A stretch of DNA of 64,000 bases from Acidimicrobiia bacterium (GTDB lineage Bacteria; Actinomycetota; Acidimicrobiia; Acidimicrobiales; VFJN01). The stretch is taken from the NCBI GenBank assembly GCA_046565645.1, contig JBKHYD010000040.1:71785-135784 (forward strand), written 5' to 3'. The translations under genes were made by a program, and so were the position numbers. Every line of letters starts with the position of its first letter. The stretch's first letter is position 1. Shown here piece after piece: positions 20,175 through 28,847 of the stretch. The notes below the pieces were generated by a model. That model saw only the letters and a list, made by a program, of their open reading frames with translations. It ran no database searches and was not told the DNA's origin.

Positions 20175-21080
20175 CTACCAGCCGCGGTCGGCGAAGGTCT
20201 GCTCCAGCGAGCCGATCTCGAGGCCGGGCATCGCCGAGCCGAGCCCCCGGGAGACCTTGGCGATGATCGAGGCGTCGGTGAAGTGGGTGGTGGCTTCGAC
20301 GATGGCCTTGGCCCGCCGGGCCGGGTCGTCGGACTTGAAGATCCCGGAGCCCACGAAGACGGCCTGGGCGCCGAGCTGCATGGCGAGCGCGGCATCGGCG
20401 GGGGTGGCCAGGCCGCCGGCGCAGAAGAGCGGCACCGGGAGCTCGCCCGTCTCGGCGATCTCCTGCACGAGCCCGATGGGCGCTTGGAGGCGCTTGGCCC
20501 AGTCGTAGAGCTCGGCGGAGTCGGCCTGCGTGATCTTGCGGATGTCGCCGGTGATGGAGCGGAGGTGCCGGACCGCCTCCACGACGTTGCCGGTGCCGGC
20601 CTCGCCCTTGGAGCGGATCATGCACGCACCCTCGGAGATGCGGCGGAGGGCCTCGCCCAGGTTGGTGGCACCGCAGACGAAGGGGACGGTGAAGGCCCAC
20701 TTGTCGATGTGGTGGGCCTCGTCGGCCGGGGTGAGCACCTCGGACTCGTCGACGTAGTCCACGCCGAGCGCCTCGAGCACCTGGGCCTCGACGAAGTGGC
20801 CGATCCGGGCCTTGGCCATCACCGGGATGGTGACGACCTCCTTGATGCCCTCGATCATCTCGGGATCGCTCATCCGGGCGACGCCGCCGTCGCGCCGGAT
20901 GTCGGACGGCACCCGCTCGAGGGCCATGACGGCGACGGCGCCGGCGTCCTCGGCGATCTTGGCCTGCTCCGGGTCGACGACGTCCATGATGACACCGCCC
21001 TTCAGCATCTCGGCCAGCCCGCGCTTCACCCGGACGGTGCCGGTGTCGTGGCTGATGGGACGGGAGGGAGCGTCGGCCAT
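20175..21080 (-). CDS. pdxS: Pyridoxal 5'-phosphate synthase lyase subunit PdxS
   Basis: [18 protein letters not shown]..., [15 protein letters not shown]. Start set at the ATG at 21080. Confidence 0.95.
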   Translation of the reverse strand: MADAPSRPISHDTGTVRVKRGLAEMLKGGVIMDVVDPEQAKIAEDAGAVAVMALERVPSDIRRDGGVARMSDPEMIEGIKEVVTIPVMAKARIGHFVEAQVLEALGVDYVDESEVLTPADEAHHIDKWAFTVPFVCGATNLGEALRRISEGACMIRSKGEAGTGNVVEAVRHLRSITGDIRKITQADSAELYDWAKRLQAPIGLVQEIAETGELPVPLFCAGGLATPADAALAMQLGAQAVFVGSGIFKSDDPARRAKAIVEATTHFTDASIIAKVSRGLGSAMPGLEIGSLEQTFADRGW

Positions 21081-21130
21081 GCGCTCAGCGTACCGGCGGG
21101 CCCCCCGATCCTCGAAGCCAGTACCGCACA

Positions 21131-21181
21131 ACGTCTGTGTGGGTTTTCAAGCCGTCAGGGCGCAAGAACCCACACAGACGT
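21131..21181. repeat. Hairpin repeat copy B: perfect 15-bp inverted repeat ACGTCTGTGTGGGTT / AACCCACACAGACGT with 21-nt loop
   Basis: Read directly. The loop TTCAAGCCGTCAGGGCGCAAG resembles the copy A loop. Lies between the DUF3048 gene end and the pdxS start. Confidence 0.8.
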
Positions 21182-21187
21182 CGTCGG

Positions 21188-22273
21188 TCAGAGCTTGGCG
21201 CCCTCGCCGGGTGGGGGAAGGGCCACCCAGGTGCGGCCCGGCGTGAGCTTCACGGGGTTGCCGTCCGCGTCCGTGTAGGTGGTCACCGCCTCGAGGCTCG
21301 GCTTGTGCCACCGGGCGGCCACGAGTCCGCCGTTGGTGAGGATCCAGGCGTCCCCCTCCCCGACCATCGCCGCCTCGGGGATCTCCTTGCCGAACTGGTC
21401 GGCCACCCCCGACCCGACGTAGGGCGTGAACTGGACGACCACGTTCTCGGGTGCGACCTGCACGCCGACGGCGTCGACGTGCGGGGTCCCGGCCTGGGTG
21501 CGGGCCCACCCCGTGCCGTTCCAGCGGTACTCGACCGGGGCGCTCCCGGCGCTGGAGCCGTAGGTCACCCGGACCCCGGTGACCGGCTCGAGGTGGGGCG
21601 TCTCCTCGCCCTCGGCTCGGTAGGTGAACAGGGCGGGAGGCGGGCCGGAGCCCTCGCTCGGTACCGACAGCAGCTCGGCGGTGCCCTTGGCCATCAGGTT
21701 GCTGGGGGCCGGGCGCCCCCCGTCGCGGAAGTAGAGGCCGGACTGGACGTCGTAGCCGACGTCCACCACCGCAGACTCCCGGATCCGGGCTGCGAAGAAC
21801 GCATTGGCACCGCTCCAGGCGAAGTAGGGCCGGTTCAGAGGCGTGTAGATCGCGATGTCCGAGGTGCGGGCCGACCGCACCGGGCCCACCGGGGCGGCGT
21901 CGGTGGAGTGGAACACGGCCAGGAGACGGGTGACGCTCCCCTCGACCCGCTCCTCGTAGACGACGTCGGCCTGGTTCAGGCCGGCTTGTGGCCGGGCCTT
22001 GGGCTCGACGTTGTCGTACTTCACCACCAGGGCCGGACGGGCTGTGCGACCGGAGCCGTCGTCGGGCAGGCCGGTGAGCGGCGCCACCGGCGCCGGCGCC
22101 TGGGTGGTCGTGGTGGCGGGCTGGGTGGTGGTCGTGGTGGTGGTGGAGGGCGCGGCCGCCTCGCCGTCGCCGGACAGGGCCGCCAGCGCGACGCCCAGCC
22201 CGGCAGCCAACGCGATCGCCACGACGACCGCGATCACGCGGTTGCGGGGGGTTTCCAGGATCTTGGGGACCAT
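21188..22273 (-). CDS. DUF3048 domain-containing secreted/anchored protein (copy 1)
   Basis: 361 aa. N-terminal TM anchor, Thr-rich linker, then PLTGLP...RPALVVKYDNVEPKARPQAGLNQADVVYEERVEG...LLAVFHS, typical of DUF3048 (YerB-like). Confidence 0.85.
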   Translation of the reverse strand: MVPKILETPRNRVIAVVVAIALAAGLGVALAALSGDGEAAAPSTTTTTTTQPATTTTQAPAPVAPLTGLPDDGSGRTARPALVVKYDNVEPKARPQAGLNQADVVYEERVEGSVTRLLAVFHSTDAAPVGPVRSARTSDIAIYTPLNRPYFAWSGANAFFAARIRESAVVDVGYDVQSGLYFRDGGRPAPSNLMAKGTAELLSVPSEGSGPPPALFTYRAEGEETPHLEPVTGVRVTYGSSAGSAPVEYRWNGTGWARTQAGTPHVDAVGVQVAPENVVVQFTPYVGSGVADQFGKEIPEAAMVGEGDAWILTNGGLVAARWHKPSLEAVTTYTDADGNPVKLTPGRTWVALPPPGEGAKL

Positions 22274-22304
22274 CGGTCAGCTCCCTGTCGTGCGTCGCTC
22301 GGTG

Positions 22305-23381
22305 CTAGAGGACCTCGGCGCCACCGGGCGGGGGCAGCTCGAGGAAGGTCTGGCCGGGGGCGAGGGCGATCGGCGTGCCGTCGGCCGCCAAGAGCTGGAG
22401 GGGGTCGCCCGGCGTGGGGCGGACCCACCGCCCCTCCACCACGTGGCCACCGGTGAGCACCAGCGCCCGACCCTCCCCGGTGGTGATCCCGTGGGGGCTC
22501 GATTCCCGGCTGCCGTTGGAGAACCGGTACTGGATCTCCAGCACCACCACGTTGGCGGGAGCGAGCTGCACGCCATCGGTGTCCACGTGGGGGGTGCCAC
22601 CCTGGCTCCGCAACCAGGTGCCGGAGCCTGCGTCCCAGGTGAAGCGGGCGATCTCGGGGCCGCCGAACCGCAGCGCCACCCCACCGGCGGGCACGGCCCC
22701 CGACGGCAGCGGAGCCCCCTCGGGCCGGTAGGCGAAGATCGGAGCGGGAGGCGGGGGCTGCTCACTCGCCTTGGCCCGGAGCTGCTCGGTGGCTGCGAAG
22801 AGGTTGTGGGGTGCCGGACGGCCCCGCTCCCGCCAGAAGCCGGCCCCGCCGCGGTTGTGGCCGACGTCGACCACGTTGGCCCGGCGCAGGGCGGCCAGGA
22901 TGTGGTCGTTGCCCCCTGACGAGGCGTAGATCGGGCGGCCCAGCAGTGCCGCGAGGTCGAGGTCCGTGGTACGGGTGGACCGCACCGGACCCACCGACTC
23001 GGCGTCCTGGGAGTGGAACACGGCGGCCAGCCGGCTCAGGTTGGACTCCACCCGCTCCTCGATGACGAGGTCGGCCTGGTTCAGGCCGGCGTGGGGTCGG
23101 GCGGCCTCATGGTTGTCGACCTTCACGAACAGCGCCGGGCGGCCGAGTCGCTGGGCGTCCTCGGTGGGGACCCCGGTGAGCGGGGCGCGCGGCAGCGGAG
23201 CGGTGGTGGTGGTGGTGGTGGCCTCCGAGGTGGTGGTGGAGGCGACGGTGGTGGGGGCAGGCGCGGCGGCGTCGACGCCACTGCCGGCGAGGAGGACGGC
23301 CACCCCGCCGATGACCAGGGCGAGGGCGACGGCGGTGGCGACGAGGCGCTTGCGCGGGGTGTCGAGGGCTCGGACGAGCAA
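22305..23381 (-). CDS. DUF3048 domain-containing secreted/anchored protein (copy 2)
   Basis: C-terminal about 358 codons of ORF 22305..23840. Same architecture as copy 1 (PLTGVP...RPALFVKVDNHEAARPHAGLNQADLVIEERVES). Start proposed at the TTG at 23381 behind GGAGG. The start is uncertain. Confidence 0.75.
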   Translation of the reverse strand: MLVRALDTPRKRLVATAVALALVIGGVAVLLAGSGVDAAAPAPTTVASTTTSEATTTTTTAPLPRAPLTGVPTEDAQRLGRPALFVKVDNHEAARPHAGLNQADLVIEERVESNLSRLAAVFHSQDAESVGPVRSTRTTDLDLAALLGRPIYASSGGNDHILAALRRANVVDVGHNRGGAGFWRERGRPAPHNLFAATEQLRAKASEQPPPPAPIFAYRPEGAPLPSGAVPAGGVALRFGGPEIARFTWDAGSGTWLRSQGGTPHVDTDGVQLAPANVVVLEIQYRFSNGSRESSPHGITTGEGRALVLTGGHVVEGRWVRPTPGDPLQLLAADGTPIALAPGQTFLELPPPGGAEVL

Positions 23382-23449
23382 CGGGACCTCCGTGGGACGA
23401 CCCTCAAGGGTGGCGCTCGGTGGGCTCCCGGGCGCGGATGGTCGGGGGG

Positions 23450-24364
23450 CTAGAGCTCCCGCAGGAGGGCGATGCGCTCCTCCAGCGGGGGGTGGGTGTC
23501 GAACATGCGGTTGAGGCGGGAGATCCTCCCCTGGTCCTCGGAGACCGCCTGGGGCTGCTCGATCCAGAGGTGCGCGGTGGCGTGGGAGGTGGAGCCGACC
23601 ACCGTGTAGTCGTCGCGCAGCTTCTCGAGGGCCGAGATGAGCCCCGGCGGGTAGCGGGTCAGCTCCACCGCGGACACGTCGGCCAGCGTCTCCCGGCGGC
23701 GGCTGATGGTCGCTTGGAGCGCCTTGGCGATGATCGGCGAGAGGATCAGCAGCGCGAAGCCGAAGAGGGCGAGGACGGCGAGGGGTCCCGAGCTGTGGGC
23801 GTCGCCCCGGTTGTTGCGGCTGCGACCCATCCCGAACCACATCATGCGGACGCCGAGGTCGGCCACGATCGCGACGACACCGACGAGCGTCACGGCGAGG
23901 GTGGACACGAGGATGTCGTAGTTCTTGATGTGGCTCAGCTCGTGGGCGACGACGCCTTCGAGCTCGACCCGGTTCATCCGCTCGAGCAGCCCGGTGGTGA
24001 CCGCGATCGCGGCGTGCTTGGGGTTGCGGCCGGTGGCGAACGCGTTGGGGGACGGATCGTCGATGACGTAGATCCGCGGCTTGGGCAGGCCACCGGCGAT
24101 GCAGAGCCCCTCGACGAGGTTGTGCAGCCGCGGGTACTGCTCCACCGAGGCGGGCTTGGCCCGGCTCACCGCGAGGGCGATCGCGTCGGACTTCCAGTAG
24201 GACAGGGCGGCGGAGCCCCCGGCGACCACGAGCGCGATCAGCGTGAACGCGGGACCGCCCCCGACGAGGAGGTTGATGGCGAAGCCGACCGCCACGACCA
24301 GCAGCACGAAGGCTGCGACGAGGAGGACGGAGCGGCGCTTGTTCTGGGCGACCTGGTCGTACAC
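23450..24364 (-). CDS. htpX: Zinc metalloprotease HtpX homolog (M48)
   Basis: 304 aa. TM segments plus the HELSHIKNYD zinc motif. Confidence 0.92.
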   Translation of the reverse strand: MYDQVAQNKRRSVLLVAAFVLLVVAVGFAINLLVGGGPAFTLIALVVAGGSAALSYWKSDAIALAVSRAKPASVEQYPRLHNLVEGLCIAGGLPKPRIYVIDDPSPNAFATGRNPKHAAIAVTTGLLERMNRVELEGVVAHELSHIKNYDILVSTLAVTLVGVVAIVADLGVRMMWFGMGRSRNNRGDAHSSGPLAVLALFGFALLILSPIIAKALQATISRRRETLADVSAVELTRYPPGLISALEKLRDDYTVVGSTSHATAHLWIEQPQAVSEDQGRISRLNRMFDTHPPLEERIALLREL

Positions 24365-24406
24365 CGGCGGTTCAGGGTCCTTGGCGGGGGGCGGGGGCGG
24401 GGCCGG

Positions 24407-25033
24407 TCAGGGCGCCGGAGGTGCGGCAGGGGGAGGCGTGGCCGCATCCCCGGGGGGCGCGGACGGCGTGCCCGATCCCTGGCCGAAGTCGACCGACACG
24501 GGACCGCGGGCGTCGCCCTCGGCCTCGAAGTACTCCCGCTCGCTGAAGCGGAACCGCGACGCGATGGCGTTGGCCGGGAAGGACTGGATCTTGGTGTTGT
24601 AGCGGTACACGGAGTCGTTGTAGTACTGCCGCGCGTAGGCGATCCGGCCCTCCGTGCCGGACAGCTCCTCCTGCAGGTTCAGGAAGCTCTGGTTGGCCTT
24701 GAGGTCGGGGTACGCCTCAGCCAGCGCGAACACGGACTTCAGGGCGCCGGTGATGAGGTTCTCCGCCTCGGCCTGGTCGTGCGGGCCCTCGGCGGCCAGC
24801 GCCACGTTGCGAGCCTGGATGACGGCCTCGAGGGTCTGGCGCTCGTGGGCGGCGTAGCCCTTGACCGTCTCGACCAGGTTCGGGATGAGGTCGTAGCGGC
24901 GCTTCAGCTGCACGTCGATCTGGGCCCAGGCGTTCTCGATCTTGTTCCGAAGGGAGACGAGGCCGTTGTAGGTGACGATGACGTAGATCGCCACGAGGAC
25001 GACCACAGCCAGCAGGATCCAGACGATGGTCAC
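24407..25033 (-). CDS. LemA family protein
   Basis: VTIVWILLAVVVLVAIYVIVTYNGLVSLRNKIENAWAQIDVQLKRRYDLIPNLVETVKGYA is canonical LemA. GTG at 25033 behind AGGAGC. Pro-rich C-terminal tail. Confidence 0.88.
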   Translation of the reverse strand: MTIVWILLAVVVLVAIYVIVTYNGLVSLRNKIENAWAQIDVQLKRRYDLIPNLVETVKGYAAHERQTLEAVIQARNVALAAEGPHDQAEAENLITGALKSVFALAEAYPDLKANQSFLNLQEELSGTEGRIAYARQYYNDSVYRYNTKIQSFPANAIASRFRFSEREYFEAEGDARGPVSVDFGQGSGTPSAPPGDAATPPPAAPPAP

Positions 25034-25082
25034 GGTTTCGTGCTCCTGGTCGAGGGACCGCCCACTGTAGAGCCCCCGGTGG

Positions 25083-26171
25083 TCAGCCCCGAGCCGGGTG
25101 ACCGGCGGCGATCGACGCGTACACCTCGGCGTAGACCTCGGCGAGGTGGTCCATGGAGAGCTCGTCGGCCCGACGCCGCCCGCCCGCCACGAGCTCCTCC
25201 CGCAGCGCGGCGTCGTCCAGCACCCGGCCGATCGCCTTGGCCAGGGCGTGGGCGTCGCCCACGGGCGTGAGAAGCGCATCCACCCCGTCGGTGGCCACGT
25301 TGCGGTGCCCGTCGAGGTCGGACGCCACCAGCGCGCACCCCGCCGCCATGGCCTCCAGGAGGACCATGCCGAAGCTCTCTCCCCGCACCGACGGCGAGCA
25401 GTAGACGGTGGCGCCTCGCATCCGCGCCGCCCGGTCCTCGTCGGAGATGCGCCCCAGCCACTCGATCCGGGGGTCGTGGCCGTGCTGGCGCCGCAGCTCC
25501 TCGGTCTGGGGCCCGTCGCCGCCCACCCAGAGGCGTACGTGCTCGGGCAGCTCGCGAAAGGCGGCCAGGAGGACGTCGAGGCCCTTGCGGGGCTCGTGCC
25601 GGCCCAGGAAGAACACCGTGGGCGCCTCGGTGGGATGAGCTGGTCCGTGCGCGAACCGGTCGACCTCCACGCCGTTGAACACGAGCTGGTACTCGCCGCC
25701 CAGGTGGCTCTGGGCGAGGCGCCGGGCGTCGGGCGACACCGCGCAGCGGTGCTGGAGCCGGGCGGCGAGGCGCTTCAGCGCCCAGCCGGCGTAGCGGTAG
25801 CCGGCGCTCTCCCCCGCGGCGTGGAAGGTGCCGACCATCGGGGCAGAGCCGAACAGCAGGGTCGTCATGGTGGGGCCGGGTGCGATGGGCTCGTGGAGGT
25901 GTACGACGTCGAAGTCCTCATCCCGCAGGGCCCGGATCGTCCGCAGCTGCGCCGAGGGGTCGGGGGCCAGCGGGGCCACCGAGCCGTTGGCTGCGGTGGG
26001 GACGCTGCGACCGAGCGGCGTCACCCCGGCGTCGGGGGGCGGTCCGTCGCTGGGGGCGAGCACCCGCACCTCGTGGCCGAGCCCCCGCAGCGACCGGGCG
26101 AGGCCGAGCACCTGGCCCTGCACACCGCCGGGGATGGTCAGCGAGTAGGGGCAGACCAGTCCGACGCGCAC
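25083..26171 (-). CDS. GT4 family glycosyltransferase, PimA-like (phosphatidylinositol mannosyltransferase candidate)
   Basis: 362 aa GT-B fold (MRVGLVCPYS...GGVQ, EPRKG, ESFGMVLLEAMAAG). Sits directly downstream of the PI synthase and acyltransferase genes, as pimA does in mycobacteria. Confidence 0.8.
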   Translation of the reverse strand: MRVGLVCPYSLTIPGGVQGQVLGLARSLRGLGHEVRVLAPSDGPPPDAGVTPLGRSVPTAANGSVAPLAPDPSAQLRTIRALRDEDFDVVHLHEPIAPGPTMTTLLFGSAPMVGTFHAAGESAGYRYAGWALKRLAARLQHRCAVSPDARRLAQSHLGGEYQLVFNGVEVDRFAHGPAHPTEAPTVFFLGRHEPRKGLDVLLAAFRELPEHVRLWVGGDGPQTEELRRQHGHDPRIEWLGRISDEDRAARMRGATVYCSPSVRGESFGMVLLEAMAAGCALVASDLDGHRNVATDGVDALLTPVGDAHALAKAIGRVLDDAALREELVAGGRRRADELSMDHLAEVYAEVYASIAAGHPARG

Positions 26172-26239
26172 GGCGCAACCCTACGCACCGCACAGCGACC
26201 CGTCCGCGGCCGTCAGACGGCCACACCCGCAGGGCGCCG

Positions 26240-27130
26240 TCAGGCGCCCGAGGACGAAGCGCGGTCCGAGGGCCAGTTGGGCTGGAGGAGGTGCCACTGC
26301 TCGGGGGCCCGGCGGATCAGGACCTCCAGGGCGTGGGCGAGGTCCTGGGTCACCCGAGCCACGTCCTCGCGGAGCTTGCCGTGACGGGTGGTGTCGAGGG
26401 GCGGCAGCACGACGCCGTGGCGGCGAGGCCCGTCGAAGTAGATCGCGGTGGGGAGGAGGGGGGCGCCGCTGCGGAGCGCCAGGGTGGCGGGTCCGCCCGG
26501 CAGCGTGGTGCGCTCGCCGAAGAACTCCACCTCGGGCCCGGCCCCGGTCAGGTCCCGGTCGCAGAGCAGACCCAGCGCCCGGTTGGCCTTGAGCGCCCGG
26601 GCGGTGGCCGCCCCGGCGTCGGGCCCGAGCGGGATGACCTCGAGCCCGAACGAGCGCCGCAGGTCGGCGAACCAGTCGAACAGGGCGGGCGGTTCGAGGC
26701 GCTCCACCACGACGCTGGTCGCGATCCCCTTCACGCGGGTGAGCCAGAACCCCGACCACTCCCACCCGCCGAGGTGGGGCATCGCCAGGATGGCGCCGCT
26801 GCCGGCCCGGATGGCCGCCTCGAGGTGCTCGTAGCCCTCGTGGGTGAACCCGGCATCGAGCTCCTCCACCGTCCGGTCGGGCAGCCGGAACGACTCCTCG
26901 TAGTAGCGGGCGTAGGACTCGAAGGTGTGTCGAGCCAGGCGACCCAGCTCTCGGTCGGTGAGCGTGGGGTCGACCCGGCGGAGGTTCCGCTCGACCTGCT
27001 CCCTCCGACCGGACGCGGCGAGGTACGCGATCCGCCCCAGGCGTCGGGCCGCCCGTGATGCGACGGGGCCGGGCGCCCGGCGAGCCAGGACGGCGGCCGC
27101 CCGGTAGGCGGGGGTGACGAGGTCCACCAC
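26240..27130 (-). CDS. Lysophospholipid/lipid A-type acyltransferase (PIM acyltransferase-like)
   Basis: Last 296 codons of ORF 26240..27649. HLGGWEW motif region and LLCDRDL. GTG start at 27130, 17 nt after the stop of the upstream gene. Confidence 0.78.
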   Translation of the reverse strand: MVDLVTPAYRAAAVLARRAPGPVASRAARRLGRIAYLAASGRREQVERNLRRVDPTLTDRELGRLARHTFESYARYYEESFRLPDRTVEELDAGFTHEGYEHLEAAIRAGSGAILAMPHLGGWEWSGFWLTRVKGIATSVVVERLEPPALFDWFADLRRSFGLEVIPLGPDAGAATARALKANRALGLLCDRDLTGAGPEVEFFGERTTLPGGPATLALRSGAPLLPTAIYFDGPRRHGVVLPPLDTTRHGKLREDVARVTQDLAHALEVLIRRAPEQWHLLQPNWPSDRASSSGA

Positions 27131-27147
27131 GCTTGGTGGGCGCCGGG

Positions 27148-27828
27148 CTAGCGGCGGCCGGTGCGAGCCCGTCGGCGCCATGCCCGCTCGGTGGGCCGAG
27201 CGGCTCTCCGGGCCCGCCAGCGAGCCAGCTCGGGAGCCGGCTTGGGGGGCACCGACGCCTGGCGCCACACCTTCACGAACCGCTGCACCGCGGTGACGAG
27301 GGTGAGGGCGAGCATCACCCAGAGGATCGGGATCAGGATGGAGTCGAACAGCAGGCCCACGCCGAGGGCGATGATCCGCTCGGCCCGCTCCATCAGGCCA
27401 CCGCGGGCGTCGAAGCCCAGCGCCTCGGCCTTCGCCCGCTCGTAGGAGATCAGCATGGAGGCGCCGAGGACGGCCAACGGGAGCACCGCGATGCGGCCGG
27501 GGTGGGTGCTGGCCAGGTGCCACGAGATACCGCCGAGGAGGAGGGCATCGGTGACGCGGTCGCTCACCGAGTCGAAGAACGCTCCCCGAGGACCGGCGGT
27601 GCCGGAGGCCTTGGCCACCGCCCCGTCGAGGAGGTCGGGGAGGGCGCACAGCACGAGGAGCAGCAGCCCGGCCCGCAGCGCCCCGTTGGCGATGGCGACG
27701 GAAGCGGCGCCGGCGAGGAGGACGCCGCTCGCCGTGAGGTGGTCGGCGGTGATGCCGGCCTTGCGGATGTTGGCGCCGACCGGCCTCAGGCCGGCCTCGA
27801 AGCTGGATCGCCAGCGTCCGTCGAACAT
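27148..27828 (-). CDS. CDP-alcohol phosphatidyltransferase (phosphatidylinositol phosphate synthase-like)
   Basis: 226 aa multi-TM protein. DLLDGAVAK...GAFFDSVSDRVTD matches the CDP-alcohol transferase motif D(x)2DG(x)2AR...D(x)3D. Confidence 0.88.
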   Translation of the reverse strand: MFDGRWRSSFEAGLRPVGANIRKAGITADHLTASGVLLAGAASVAIANGALRAGLLLLVLCALPDLLDGAVAKASGTAGPRGAFFDSVSDRVTDALLLGGISWHLASTHPGRIAVLPLAVLGASMLISYERAKAEALGFDARGGLMERAERIIALGVGLLFDSILIPILWVMLALTLVTAVQRFVKVWRQASVPPKPAPELARWRARRAARPTERAWRRRARTGRR

Positions 27829-27928
27829 GGGGAGGTCCCTCGGGTCGGGGGCGGGGTGTGCTTGCTCCAGGCTAACACCGGGTCAGCGCGGTTCCCCGGC
27901 TCCCAGGCGGCGCCGGGGCGGGCGGACC

Positions 27929-28819
27929 TCACCGGTCCGGGTCGCCTGCGGCGGCGCGCAGCAGCCGCTCCCAGTGCGGGAAGAGCAGGTGGTGGCCCCC
28001 ATCGACGACATCCACCTCGACCCGAGCCGACGTGAGGTGCGCCGCCAACCAGGTCCCCACGGCAGGAGGTGAGATCCCGTCCTCGGTGCCGTGGGTCGTC
28101 CGCACGGCCGCGCCGATCCCGCCCAGGTCCAGGCCGGGCTCGAGCTGGAGCGCCACGTCGTGGGCGAGCGGCTCCCGGCCGTGGGCCACCGCCCCGGCGA
28201 GCGCAGCCGCCAGCTGCTCCGCGGCGCCGGGCACCGAGGCCAGCTCAGCGCGCCCGCGCGGCCCGGCGCCCTCCAGCACGTGGTCGAGCGCGACATCGGG
28301 GGTCACCGGATCGGGGACGAGGTACGGGGCCAGCTCCGCCCCGAGGTCGGCGGCGGGGACCTCGCGGACCAGCTCGACGAAGTGCTGTCGCTGCGGGCTG
28401 AGCGCAGCCACGACCGACGGGTCCCCGTAGGCCTCCACCGGGGGCACGGTGGCGACCAGGCAGACCGATGCCGCACGGGGGCCCAGCACGGTGGCCGCGG
28501 CCAGCGCGAACAGCCCGCCCGAGGACCAACCGAGGAGGCCAGCGCGCTCGACGCCGAGGTGGTCGAGGAGCGACACGAGGTCGTGGCCGAGCGAGGTGAG
28601 CGCGGCGCCCGGGTGCGGTGTGCTGCCTCCTGCTCCAGGCCGGTCGACCGCGACGAGCCGCACGCCAGCGCGGCGGGCCAGCCCGTCCTCGGGGTGCCGG
28701 GCCAGCCGGCAGTCGGGCGTCCCGTGGAGGTAGACGGCCACCGGACCGCTCGGATCGCCCACGTCGTCGTAGGCCAGGGAGCGGCCGTCGGGGAGCGTCA
28801 GCCGGTCGGTCGGATCCAC
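27929..28819 (-). CDS. Alpha/beta hydrolase
   Basis: 296 aa. HGTPDCRL oxyanion region and GWSSGG nucleophile elbow. Confidence 0.8.
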   Translation of the reverse strand: MDPTDRLTLPDGRSLAYDDVGDPSGPVAVYLHGTPDCRLARHPEDGLARRAGVRLVAVDRPGAGGSTPHPGAALTSLGHDLVSLLDHLGVERAGLLGWSSGGLFALAAATVLGPRAASVCLVATVPPVEAYGDPSVVAALSPQRQHFVELVREVPAADLGAELAPYLVPDPVTPDVALDHVLEGAGPRGRAELASVPGAAEQLAAALAGAVAHGREPLAHDVALQLEPGLDLGGIGAAVRTTHGTEDGISPPAVGTWLAAHLTSARVEVDVVDGGHHLLFPHWERLLRAAAGDPDR

Positions 28820-28847
28820 GAGCGGAGGCTACGGGCCCAGGGATACC

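Noticed and set aside
23195-23260. GGT/GGTGGT microsatellite-like DNA runs
   Set aside because: These are the antisense of ACC codon runs encoding Thr-rich linkers in exported proteins. They are coding low complexity rather than a noncoding repeat.
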